This document shows, in pieces, positions 11,520 to 22,629 of a stretch of DNA of 64,000 bases (its first letter is position 1; each line of letters opens with the position of its first letter). Below the pieces are notes generated by a model. It was not told where the DNA came from. It searched no databases and saw only the letters and a list, made by a program, of their open reading frames with translations. The DNA is taken from contig CM075994.1 of assembly GCA_038087875.1 (NCBI GenBank), positions 11,224,001-11,288,000 on the forward strand. The letters are read 5' to 3'. The position numbers and the translations under genes were made by a program. This stretch comes from Malacoraja senta. Lineage: Eukaryota.

Positions 11520-13762
11520 TTTAAGAAGGAACTGCAGATGCTGGAATATCGAAGGTAGACAAAAGTGCTGGAGAAACGCTGCGGGTGCAGCAGCATCTAT
11601 GGAGCGAAGGAAATAGGCAACGTTTCGGGCCGAATCCCTTCTTCAGACTGATGTAGGGTGGGAGGGGGGGGGGACGCGGAGAAGAAAGGAAAAAGGAAGA
11701 GGAGGAGCCCGAGGGTTGAAGGAGAGCTGAGAAGGGGAGGAGACGGCAAGGGCTACCGGAAATTGGAGAATTCAATGTTTATGCCGCTAGGGTGCAGACT
11801 GTCCAAGCGGAATATGTGGTGCTGCTCCTCCAATTAACGGTGGTATTCACTCTGGCCATGGAGGAGGCCCAGGACAGGGAGGTCGGAATCGGAATGGGAG
11901 GGGGAGTTAAAGTGCTGAGCCACCGGGAGATCAGGTTGGTTAATGCGGACCGTGCGGAGGTGTTCGGCGAAACGATCTTGGTCTCACCGATGTAGATTAG
12001 CTGACATCTAGAGCAGCGTATGCAATAGATGAGGTTGGAGGAGATGCAGGTGAACCTCTGTCGCACCTGGAACGACTGCTTGGGTCCTTGAATGGAGTCG
12101 AGGGGGGAGGTAAAGCGACAAGTGTAGCTTCTCTTGCGGTTGCAAGGGTAAGTGGACGGGGAAGGGGTGTTTCGGGAGGGAAGGGAAGAATTGACAAGGG
12201 AGTTACGGAGGGAGCGGTCTTACCGGAAAGCAGACAGGGGGGAGATGGGAAGATGTGGCAAGTGGTGGCGTCACGTTGGAGGTGGCGAAAATGACGGAGG
12301 ACTATTTGTTGTATGTGACGGCCCGTGGGGTGAAAGGTGAAGACTAGGGGGACTCTGCCTTTGTTACGAGTGGGGGGATGGGGAGCGAGAGCAGTGTTGC
12401 GGGGTATGGAAGAGACCCTGGTGAGAGCCTCATCTATAGTAGGGGAGGGGAACCCTCGTTCCCTGAAGAATGAGGACATTTCCGATGCCCTGGTGTGGAA
12501 CACATCATCCTGGGAACAGATGCGGCGTAGACGGAGGAATTGGGAGCAGGTGATGGAGTCCTTACAGGAAGCAGGATGGGAAGAAGAGTAGTCTAGATAG
12601 CCATGGGAGTCAGTGGGTTTATAGTGGATGTCGGTCAGAAGTCTATCACCTGTGATGGACATAGTTGGCTAAGAAATGGTAGGGAAGTGTCGGAAATTGT
12701 CCAGGTGAATTTGAGTGCCGGATGGAAGTTAGTGGTGAAGCGGATGAAGTCAGTCAGTTGTGTGTGGGTGCAGGAGGTGGCACCAAAGCAATCGTCGATG
12801 TAGCGGAGGTAGAGGTCGGGGATGGGGCCCTGGTACGCCTCGAAAAATGATTGTTCGACATACCCGACAAAGAGGCAGGCGTAGCTGGGGCCCATGCGCG
12901 TGCCCATAGCTACGCATTATATTTGGAGGAAATGGGAGGAGTCAAACGAGAAGTAATTGAGGGTAAGGACCAACTCCGTTAGGCGGAGGAGAGTATCAGT
13001 GGACGGGTATAGGTTGATTCTCCGATCGAGGAAGAACCGGAGGGCTTTGAGACCATCCTGGTGGGGGATGGAGGTGTAGAGTGACTGGACGTCCATGGTG
13101 AAGATGAGGGGATGGGGGCCTAGAGAATGGAATGCCCGGAGACGACGGAGAGTGTCTCAGGTGTCTTGAACATAGGTAGGGAGGGATTTAACTGGGGGGA
13201 TAGGATGCAGTCACGGTATGTGGAGATAAGTTCGGTAGGGCACGAACAGGCAGAGACAATGGGTCTACCAGGACAGTCAGGTTTGTGGATTTTGGGGAGA
13301 AGGTAATATCGGGCCTTGCGGGGCTGGGGAACGATGAGGTTGGGGGCTCAGGGGTGGGGGGGGGCAGGGAGCGGTTGTTGATGAAGTCGGTGATGATGCT
13401 AGAGATAGTGGCCCGGTGCTCGTCTGTGGGGTCATGGTCCAGGGGTAAGCAGGAGGAGGTGTCTGAGAGTTGGCGCGTGGCCTCAGCTTTGTAGAGATCG
13501 AGGCGCCAGACTACCACGGCACCTCCCTTGTCGGCGGGTTGGATAACCCAGTTTGGGTTGTTGTGGAGTGAGTCGATGGCTGTACGTTCAGGGGTAGAGA
13601 GATTGGAGTGAGACAGGGGAGTGGAGAAGTTGAGGCGGTTGATGTCCCGTCGGCAGTTTTGGATAAAAAGGTCTAAAGCCGGAAGGCCATGAGGGGGGGG
13701 GGTCCACGAGGATGTGGTTCGTTGGAGACGGGAAAAGGGATCATCACTAGGAGGCGAGGACT
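11520..13762 (-). mobile_element. Penelope-like retroelement, 5'-truncated (RT plus GIY-YIG endonuclease), frameshifted
   Basis: MGTRMGPSYACLFVG, YLRYIDD, TDIHYKPTDSHGYLDYSSSHP; GIY-YIG FTCISSNLIYCIRCSRCQLIYIGETK. Confidence 0.92.
11615..11652 (-). ncRNA. Minimal hammerhead ribozyme motif in the Penelope terminal repeat
   Basis: Minus strand reads cagt CTGAAGA agggattcggccc GAAA cgtt, i.e. CUGANGA - stem II - GAAA with a palindromic stem III. Confidence 0.65.
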
Positions 13763-13800
13763 AGGCCCCAAGGCCCCAAGCCAATTTGGCAAACACTATG

Positions 13801-16800
13801 TGTAGGTTGATGATGCATGTGAATCAATCACACTTAACCAGCATCACTAACTCCACCCCATTATAACATTTATACAAACGCCCATTCCCAGCACCGCTAG
13901 TTGAAGCAGCCAGGATGAACTGACAACACCTCGTTTTGCAATGCTGCCAAGTTAATGTGCTGATTAAAGATGTGTGTAAATCTAATATCGTTTGAAGAGA
14001 AATGGTCTTATCCACTCCTCTTGTATAACGGTTTTTTATTTTATCTTTTGTGAATTTTGCTTTACTTCACGATGGCTTCTTCTTGTCGGAAGCCTGAGCC
14101 TCTTGTCTTTGATGCCGATATCAGCAAACGCTGGGCCACGTTTGAAATTGATTACCAGCACTACATGAACATTGTACACCGACATGAACCAGATGCTGTC
14201 AAGGCCTCTCTCCTGCTCAACCTTGCGGGACCTGGTGCCCTTCGTCGATCCAGAACATTCCGTTATGCTCCGGCTATTCGTGATGCCAATGACCAGCTAA
14301 TTACACCGGCGGAGTCTCCTACTGACCCTAATGTTTTGCTGCGTAAACTGGCTCAGATCTATCACCTGCCCTCAAATCACATTTTGGACAGGGCAAGGTT
14401 TTTCTCTCGTCGTCAACTTCCCGGGGAAAGAGTTGACTCATTTATTTCTTCTTTGATGTATCTAGCCCAACGTAGACGATTTCACGAAATGCCGTTGGAT
14501 CAGTTGACTGATCAGTTAACGAGGGATATTTTAGTGAATGGTATCACCGATCAAAAGCTCAGATGAGAGCTCCTGAGACGGCCAGAGTTATCGCTAGAGG
14601 ATGCACGCACAACTGCTGAACTTGTTGATCCTATAGACATTTCGCATGAAAGCAATACCATCAATCTGACGGGCCTCACTAGGCAGCGGACATACACAGA
14701 TAACAGCCGATCTAAGACCCAAGCTAGCCAGGCAGCTCTCAGCGTTCCTCCACAGAAATGTCCTAACTGCGGCTATCTACACAACAGGCAATCCACCTGC
14801 CCCGCCCTCGGGAAGGCTTGTAATTACTGCAAAAAGCTAAATCACTTTGCCTCAGCCTGTCGGGCTGCTATCAGGGCCCGAGGAAAGAATGCGCCCAGTC
14901 TCAAGCCTAATCTCAATTTTTTGCAACGAGACAGCAACATACTGACTCCCCACTTCCAGCTCGAAGCCGCCCCCGAATATATTCCATTTGACTCGCAAGA
15001 CGACCCTACTGTTTACATGTTACAGCATGCTGCTGCCAAGAACTCTGATCCTATAGTGACGATATCTGTAAACAATGTTGCTTTTGGCGCGAAACTGGAC
15101 ACGGGGGCGAAAGTCAACACAATGTCAATCAACCTTTTTAACAAGATCAGGGCTAACGAGCCACTTGTCAAGGACGCGTCCACTTTACATGCTTTTGGTG
15201 GGGAGGTGCTAGTTCCTCTGGGCAAAACCAACTTGAAATGTGTACTGAAGAAAACAACTAGGGAATTGACTTTCCATGTGTTGAACTTTAATTCAGTTAC
15301 TCTGCTTGGCAATCGTGCCTGTCAGGAACTGGGGCTGATTTCCTTTGATAAAACTGTTCACAAACTGCAAGTTTCTTTTGATCCACTGAATGACGTCCCT
15401 GGTATCTTCGACAACAACCTAGGCAAGTTGCCTGTGTCCTACAAGATTATTACTGACCCCGATGTGACACCCGTAGTCCGAAACCCGCACAGATTGTTGT
15501 TTACCATGACTGACAGGGTTCACTCTATGCTGAAGGACATGGTCTCCAAAGGCGTAATTGAAGGAGTCAGCGACCCCACCGACTGGGTCTCAACCATGAT
15601 TGCCACAGTCAAGAAGGGAAAGGATGAATTCCGCCTGTGCATTAATCCAAAAGACCTGAACACTGCCATTAAGCACCCACACCGTCCCATGAAGACAGTA
15701 GAGGATGTTGCAGCAAAGATCGGAACGGCCACCCTATTTTCCGTCCTAGATGCAAAGAACTCATTCCGGCAGATACCGCTGGACAAGAGGTCATCAAACC
15801 TCACCACATTTGCCACCCCATTCGGCAGATATAAGTTTCTGAGAATGCCATTCGGGATCAACTCCGCCAGTGAAGTCTTCCAAAGAACTATGGAGCAATT
15901 ATTCGAGGGTCTGCCTTGTGCCATTATTGTCGACGATATCCTCGTCTATGGGAAAGACGCAGCGGAACACGACCACAATCTCAGGCTCATCTTGGAGCGT
16001 GCTGTCAAGATCAACCTCAAGCTCAATCCTGACAAGTGCAAGTTCAGGGTTCCAGTGGTCTCCTATGTCGGCCACATCTTCACCCCTGACGGCCTCAAAC
16101 CGGATCCGAAGAAGACTTCTGCCATCACAGAAATGCCTGCACCCACTAACGTGAAAGTGCTGCAACGTTTTCTGGGCATGGTAAACTATCTCGGAAAGTT
16201 CATACCAAACCTCAGCGAATTAAGCTCCACACTGCGGCAGCTGACAAAAAAGGACACTGCATGGTCATGGTTCCAGCAACATCAGGATGCCTTCGATGTT
16301 CTGAAATCAAAACTGACCAGTGCACCGACCCTGACTTTTTTCGACCTGAAACGTCCGGTGGTGATCACCTGCGATGCCTCGAAATTCGGGCTCGGCGCAG
16401 CCTGCCTGCAACCGTCTGATGATGGCACTACCTGTCGCGTATGCCTCTCGCACCATGACCGACACGGAGCAGCACTACGCGCAAATCGAAAAGGAACTGC
16501 TGGCGGTCGTCTTTGCCTGCTCCAAATTCCACGACTTCGTCTATGGCAACACGTTCATGGTTGAGACGGACCACCAGCCACTGGTGACAATCTTGAACAA
16601 GCCTATCCACGCCGCCCCAGCTCGTTTGGAGCGCATGATAATGCAGCTGCAGCGGTACGACTTCTCTATTACCTACACAAAGGGCAAGGACATGCATGTT
16701 GCTGACACACTCTCTCGTGCCCCTCGAACATCTTGCGAACAACACCCACACGAACGGGAGAATTTCACGGTTCTCGGTGTCGGTCTAGTCTCCAGAAACA

Positions 16801-18452
16801 ACTGCGCACTCTGGCCGCGCACGCTGCTAATGATGATACGCTTCAAGCCCTCTCGTCCATCATCAAAACAGGCTGGCGAGACAATCAATCCAACACGCCC
16901 ACAGAGGTGCAGCCATACTTCTTGGTCCGCGATGAACTGGTGGTTCAGGATGGTGTGGTCGTCAAGGGCCACAAGGTAGTTGTACCTGCATCGCTACAAG
17001 ACGAATACTTCAAAGAGGTACACAGCGGTCACCCAGCAGCGGACTCCACACTGGCACGCGCCCGGGATCTACTGGCCCGGAATGGCCACGTACATCCGCG
17101 ACCGCGTAGCCTCCTGCCCCACTTGCAACAATCTTGCACCTCATCAGCAGCGGCAACCCCTTCTGCAACAACCTCCATCAGCACTGTCTTGGTCGTCGCT
17201 GGCTGCGGACATTTTCGAATGGTGCGGTAAGCACTACCTCGTTCTTGTCGACTCGTTTTCTAACTGGTTTGAACTTGACCAACTGACCTCCCTCACGTCG
17301 GAGGTCAGTTGGTCAAGAAGCTGAAAAGACAATTCTCAGCCCATGGCGCTCCTGTCATCCTGAGAACCGACAATGGTCCACAGTTCACCAGCCACTTGTT
17401 CAAGCTTTTCGCCGACCGATGGAACTTCCAGCACGTCACAAGCAGTCCCGAGTATCCACAGAGTAATGGACTCGCTGAACGCGCTGTCAGAAGCGCCAAG
17501 CACTTGCTGGAGGGAGCGTGCATTTCAAAGTCAGACGTCTATCTCGATCTCCTGAATCTCGGAAACATCGCAAGAGACGGAACCTTGGGGTCACCAGCAC
17601 AGCGGCTGCTGTCGAGGGTGACAAGGTCTCCGGTCCCCATCGCACAACAGCGGCTGGTTCCTCGGGTGTTGAAGCCCGCCACTAGCCAGCAACGTCTCCA
17701 AGAGAAGCACGACATCCAGAAACGGTCATACGACAGTTCCAGCAGACCACTCCAGCCTCTACTGCCGGGCCAGGTCGTCCGTCTACGAAATCCAACTGGA
17801 CATTCTCGTCTAGGCGTTGTTGTGCGCCCGACTGATGAGCCGCGATCGTACCTTGTGGACTGTGAGGGAGCGGTTTACCGGAGAAATCGACAGCACCTGC
17901 TTGCTGTGAAGGAGCCCCGACCACCGCCTGCTGATCCCTATGCTCCGCCGCTCCAGTTCCAGCCGCCTTCCGCAATGTCTCCCGCCCGTCTCTGCATGCC
18001 TGGCACCCCCCAACGTCCATCTGTCTCCACTAACCACGGGGTTTCACCCACCGCATGTTTCCCCCCTCGGTCACCACAATCCTCTCCCGCGCGATTTTCA
18101 CCTTCAGCCTCTCCGCCTAATCCTTCAGTTGAGGGAGGGGATGGTTGGGTCCGCACGCGTTCGGGCCGTGTTAGTAGACCACCAGACAGGTATGGCGAGT
18201 ATGTTTAATATGCTTCCTCTCCACATTTAATCTTTAGGGGGAAGGATGTAGATTGATGATGCATGTGAATCAATCACACTTAGCCAGCATCACTAACTCC
18301 ACCCCATTATAACATTTATACTAACGCCCATTCCCAGCACCGCTAGTTGAAGCAGCCAGGATGAACTGACAACACCTCGTTTTGTAATGCTGCCAAGTTA
18401 ATGTGCTGATTAAAGATGTGTGTAAATCTTATATGGTTTGAAGAGATTTACA
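13801..18452 (+). mobile_element. Full-length Ty3/Gypsy (Mag-like) LTR retrotransposon, defective
   Basis: LTRs at 13801-~14002 and 18247-18452 (TG..CA; 6 mismatches in about 200 bp). PPT tagggggaagga. TSD ctatg/ctttg. Domain order gag-PR-RT-RH-INT. Confidence 0.95.
14072..18208 (+). pseudogene. Gypsy gag-pol with a stop at 14564 and several frameshifts
   Basis: Zinc knuckles CPNCGYLH..C / CNYCKKLNHFASAC; PR LDTGA; RT IVDD; RNase H CDAS, ETDHQPL; INT TDNGPQF, YPQSNGLAER; C-terminal RTRSGRVSRPP. Confidence 0.92.
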
Positions 18453-18705
18453 CTTTGCAAACAACCCACACATTTTCTGAAGAGTCTTTAAAAGCCAAGC
18501 CAATTTGGCAAACACTTTGCAAACAACCAACACATTTTCTGAAGTCTTTAAAAGCCAAGCCAATTCGGCAAACACTTTGCAAACAACCAACACATTTCCT
18601 GAAGAGTCTTTAAAAGCCAAGCCAATTTGGCAAACACTTTGCAAACAACCAACACATTTTCTGAAAAGTCTTTAAAAGTCAAGACAATTTGGCATACACT
18701 TTACA
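18453..18705. repeat. About 62-bp tandem repeat inside Helitron C, interrupted by the Gypsy element
   Basis: Unit gaagagtctttaaaagccaagccaatttggcaaacactttgcaaacaaccaacacattttct. A partial unit remains at 13775-13800. Confidence 0.85.
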
Positions 18706-19065
18706 ACCACATCGAGGGGACTCACCGTGGAGTAGACGTGCGTTCAGTTATTCGCAGCTCAGAGAGCCGCGACCCTCTCGCTTCCTCCGTCTCGCAGAGA
18801 CTGAGTGTGGAACGACACTTCCGGGTTTTATAGTCCCTCCCCCCTGCCGCCAGCGGGGGCCGCAGAAAGAATGGCGATATTTTTTAAAACATTAATAAGT
18901 CTCTATTTTTCATCGATGGGAAAAATTCTCCAGTCCAATTGGGCGGAGGGGGAGTCTGAGCGTGGTGGCCAAAAATAACGGCCGTAAATGGCGGCGTTCT
19001 CTCGGAAATCGCGAAACAGAGAGGCGAAAGTGGTCAAGATCTTAGTTTTAGTAATATAGATGTAA

Positions 19066-19722
19066 CAATACAATTGAATCAGTTTTATTCGCCACTTGCA
19101 CATAAAGTGCAAGTGAAATGAATTTGCCAACAACGGTACGATGAAAAAAGAACACATAAAAACACAATAAAATTTTAACATAAACATCCACCACATCCAT
19201 CCATAACATAAACATTCATCACTGTGGTGGAAGGCACAACATTGTCCAGTCCTCCTCCATTTCCCCCGTGGTCGGGACCTCAACCCTCCACAGTCGCCGC
19301 TGCGGGCGTCCAGATGTGTAGACAATGTAATGTCCAGGTAAGTCCTAAATCGGTGCTTCCCTAACGGAGACCGCGGCCTCAGGTTGGTGTAGGCCGCAGG
19401 CCGGCGGTCGAAGATCAAAAGTCCCCGCCGCACCGCAGCCGGAAGCACCGCAGACCGCAGGGTCCGCGGTCGGAGCTCCGCTCCAGGGGTCCCCGGCGAG
19501 GGACCCCGCTCCTGATGGTAAGTCCACGCCGCGCCCGCGGCAGAAGTTGGCCGCGGGCCGGCGGTCGGAGCTCCTCTCCTCCCGGGTCCCCAACAAGGGA
19601 TCCCAGGCCCAGGACGCCGCGCCGGCTGGAGCTCTGCAGACCGCGGCTTCAGGCTGCCGCGGGCCAGCGATCCGAGCGCTTCTCTCCGGCGACCCCCGGC
19701 GAGAGCTCGCAGCTCCGCGACG
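19066..19722 (-). mobile_element. GC-rich non-coding retroposon with stem-loop, AATAAA and (TATTG)n tail
   Basis: Hairpin cacttgcac..gtgcaagtg near the tail. Body homologous to 59690-59960 (opposite strand) and 61783-62440. Confidence 0.65.
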
Positions 19723-19745
19723 AATGCGTCCTCGCTTTAAAAGTG

Positions 19746-20000
19746 AACATTATCAATCTGGCTGACCGAATTCGTCAAGAGGCAGCCAAGATGCATGAAA
19801 CAAGATGATAATAGGAGGAGTACGTTGTCTCTGCGGGGATGTCGAAAGGGATGGTTGGGATTGATAGGGATCTGTTTGATGCAAGGTTTAATTTTTCTCG
19901 TTACCATCAGCCGAGTGTTGTTTGTTTATTATGCGCTTCTGAAATGTCGCTGTGTGAGGAAGATGGAGCGAAGTATCCCTTTTTTTTCTAAGTCACGTTC
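19746..20000 (+). pseudogene. env: Endogenous retrovirus env, C-heptad, transmembrane anchor and tail (3' boundary approximate)
   Basis: NIINLADRIRQEAAKMH, then after a frameshift GWLGLIGICLMQGLIFLVTISRVLFVYYALLKCRC. Confidence 0.75.
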
Positions 20001-21579
20001 CCTGAGCATCAAGATGGTTTCGGGACGTATATTTAGAGGTTTTTCTATTTTCTTGACTTCAAAAGATACGGGCAGAGGAAGATCGTTGAATTTTAACTGT
20101 GTTCGGGAGGCAATTGATGTCGGGAACAGGATTTCCGGTACAGGTAATTGAGAGATTGGAATTATTATGTGTCATGGGGGCCATGGGCACATACAACACA
20201 GAAGCACGTCAGTCGACCCATCCTGAGCGCACCGACCATCGGTGATGGCAACACTGCGAAGAACGCGATGCCCAGATGCTTCTCATCATAGACAGAGTTC
20301 CAAGTTATTTCGGTAAAATTAGCAGATTATGCGTAAAGGTAACGCACAATTGTTGCTTCTGTGAAGGACCAGGTACTTGTACTTGTTCACTTAATCCAGT
20401 TTGATCTCTGCCATAACTGATCCTGATGGTTGCATTACTTCACATTAACAGATAAGGCTATTTTATTCCACTCATTGCCATCACGTTTCAACTCTACTAC
20501 AGAGACAAATATCCCTTCTCTTTTTCCGCAGTTCTGGGGAACTGGGCCAAGGGTATCGGACACGAAATATTAGCTACTTCTATTCCACCATTTTCTGTAA
20601 CTATTTCAGATTTCCAATTAACACGTTGTTATTGTTTAGATTGTGTTGCTCTGCATCTGGAGGCGTGTAGGTTTGCCCTGGTCCTAATAGTTTCCTGAGC
20701 CGAACTCACCATTGTACATCTCAACAGATGCAGAATATAGGATTTCAATACGAATACATTGCACATATTCACAACTACAATAACACTGGTACAATATTCC
20801 AAGCATCTCTATCAGTCTGTTATTTACCAATGTAGCACAGTTTCAACATATCTGAATCATTATAGATTTCAGGTGTATGTTTAAACCTCCGTATCTCAAT
20901 TAGCAAAAACGAATGAAGAGCAACAGTTGTTCAACTAAACAAGGGAATAACAGTTCACAAGAAATTAGTGAATGTCTTAGCCAAGAATGCTTTGTGGAAA
21001 AATAACTAAAACATAATGTATTGCTTCTCGTTTTAAGTTTATTGCAAAATGTGTTAACGACAGTTATCCATAAGAATAACGACAAAATATTACATTAAAA
21101 AGAAACCACTCATAATTCCTTTCTTTATGCAATGCTCATAGCAGCATTAAGGTTTCCATGAGATATTATTAGACTTCAGTAGGTGACTGGGGTGTTTGCT
21201 AAATTTAAGCAGAAAATAGATTCTGTCCGACTGAAGGATCCGCACAGGATCCCGCTTAAGAAAATATTTGCCGTTCTAGATTCAAATCCTTGACCTTCCT
21301 GTTAGCCTGCCTATTAAAAGACATTATGGATATATTTGGAATTTGGATATAAATGTTTACATCTCTCCCGAAATGTGAAGTGCAACGATATTCGCACAGA
21401 GTCGGCGATCCAATTTGTTTGGTTTATTAAAATACGGATTGTAATTCAGAAAACGCCTCTTACGCGGGTAGAACAAGGACGACGGAGATAATCTTCTTAA
21501 AAAGTAATTAAAAAGTAAAAGTAATTTGACCGAGCAACTAATGGATAATTAGAAAAACGCTGAAGGACGCAGACATATT

Positions 21580-21660
21580 GACATTTCGGGTCGGGATCAT
21601 TCTTCAAACTATCTGAAGAAGAGTCTCCACCCGAAACGTCAACTCCATCCCCAGATGCTG
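21580..21660. mobile_element. Head-to-head pair of Penelope terminal-repeat fragments with hammerhead cores
   Basis: Plus strand CTGAAGA(21613)..GAAAcgtc(21640); mirrored degenerate copy at 21580-21610. Confidence 0.55.
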
Positions 21661-21832
21661 GTTGATCCGAAATTGGTCGGATATCAGAAATCAGTTAGAT
21701 ATAACATTATTACTTCAAAAAGAACAACATTCTCTGTAGGAACAACTACATTTTTGAAAATAATTGAATGGTTTTAAGAAATAGATACATCGGAATTTCG
21801 CAATCTCATATCCCGTCTCACCATTTACATAT

Positions 21833-21985
21833 AGCTCTTAGGGCTAACTGAATCAAGGGATATGGAGCGGAAAGCAGGAACGGGGTACTGATTCTGGATG
21901 ATCAGCCATATTCGTATTGAATGGCGGTGTTGGCTCAAAGGGCTTAATGGCCTACTCCTGTATATATTGTCTTTGTTTCTATGCT
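21833..21985 (+). mobile_element. CR1 3' UTR fragment
   Basis: Matches 1225-1383; tail tttctatg. Confidence 0.75.
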
Positions 21986-22629
21986 TAGACTGATTTCACT
22001 TGATCTGCACTCGTGCAATCTCAGTCCGGATGAAGGATCTCGATCCGTCAATCTCCAATCTCAATCTTAATCTCCTGTGTCTGTGTTTTCTGAAACATTT
22101 GTCCTCGTTATTGAACAACAAAAATAGACAGTAAACCATAATCCGCCTACTGCGCTGTTACTTTCGAATTTATCGTATTGCGTGCGTGCGGAGTACTACC
22201 GGCAATGACAATTGTTGCAAGCAAAATAAATAATTCAGATAACGTGAAAATTAAATCTTACTGTGCCGTTGCTGGGAATTACAGTTAGGCTGCCCTTCAG
22301 AAACGAAAATAATCACGTTCCATATAAAAGTGGAAAGAGAATCCCTGCCAGGATTTTTATTTGAGTATCCTTCACAGTCATCATGGATACGTGATATTGT
22401 GTGGCAATTTTTTGGCGACAATGCAGGTGATTGTTGTGATACAAATTAATGAATCGACATTAAGGCCATGAATGCCGAGAGATATCATTAGCTGAGGAAG
22501 CATGGTAATCTTATAGATGTTTCTGGGGAAGTGTGTATCACGATATTCCTCATCAGTAATGTCACCCGAAATATAGACGAGAAACTTGACTATTCAATCC
22601 CTATAAGACTGCAGACTGATTAACAGTTT

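Larger units (their letters stand above)
9697..19060 (-). mobile_element. Non-autonomous Helitron copy C with both termini, carrying nested Penelope and Gypsy insertions
   Basis: 3' end A|ctggactaagtagggacccgttgggtccc at 9697; 5' end ttttagtaatataGA|T at 19060. Removing it rejoins the env codons (cca gA|T). Confidence 0.8.
18818..21308 (+). repeat. Segmental duplication, copy 1 (partner 61535-64000+)
   Basis: Near-identical, same orientation, from cttccgggttttatag to ctgttagcct. Confidence 0.95.

Noticed and set aside
7812..20000. env as a domesticated syncytin-like gene, or as env of the Gypsy element
   Set aside because: Stops, frameshifts and about 11 kb of insertions rule out function here. 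It lies outside the Gypsy LTRs and predates that insertion.
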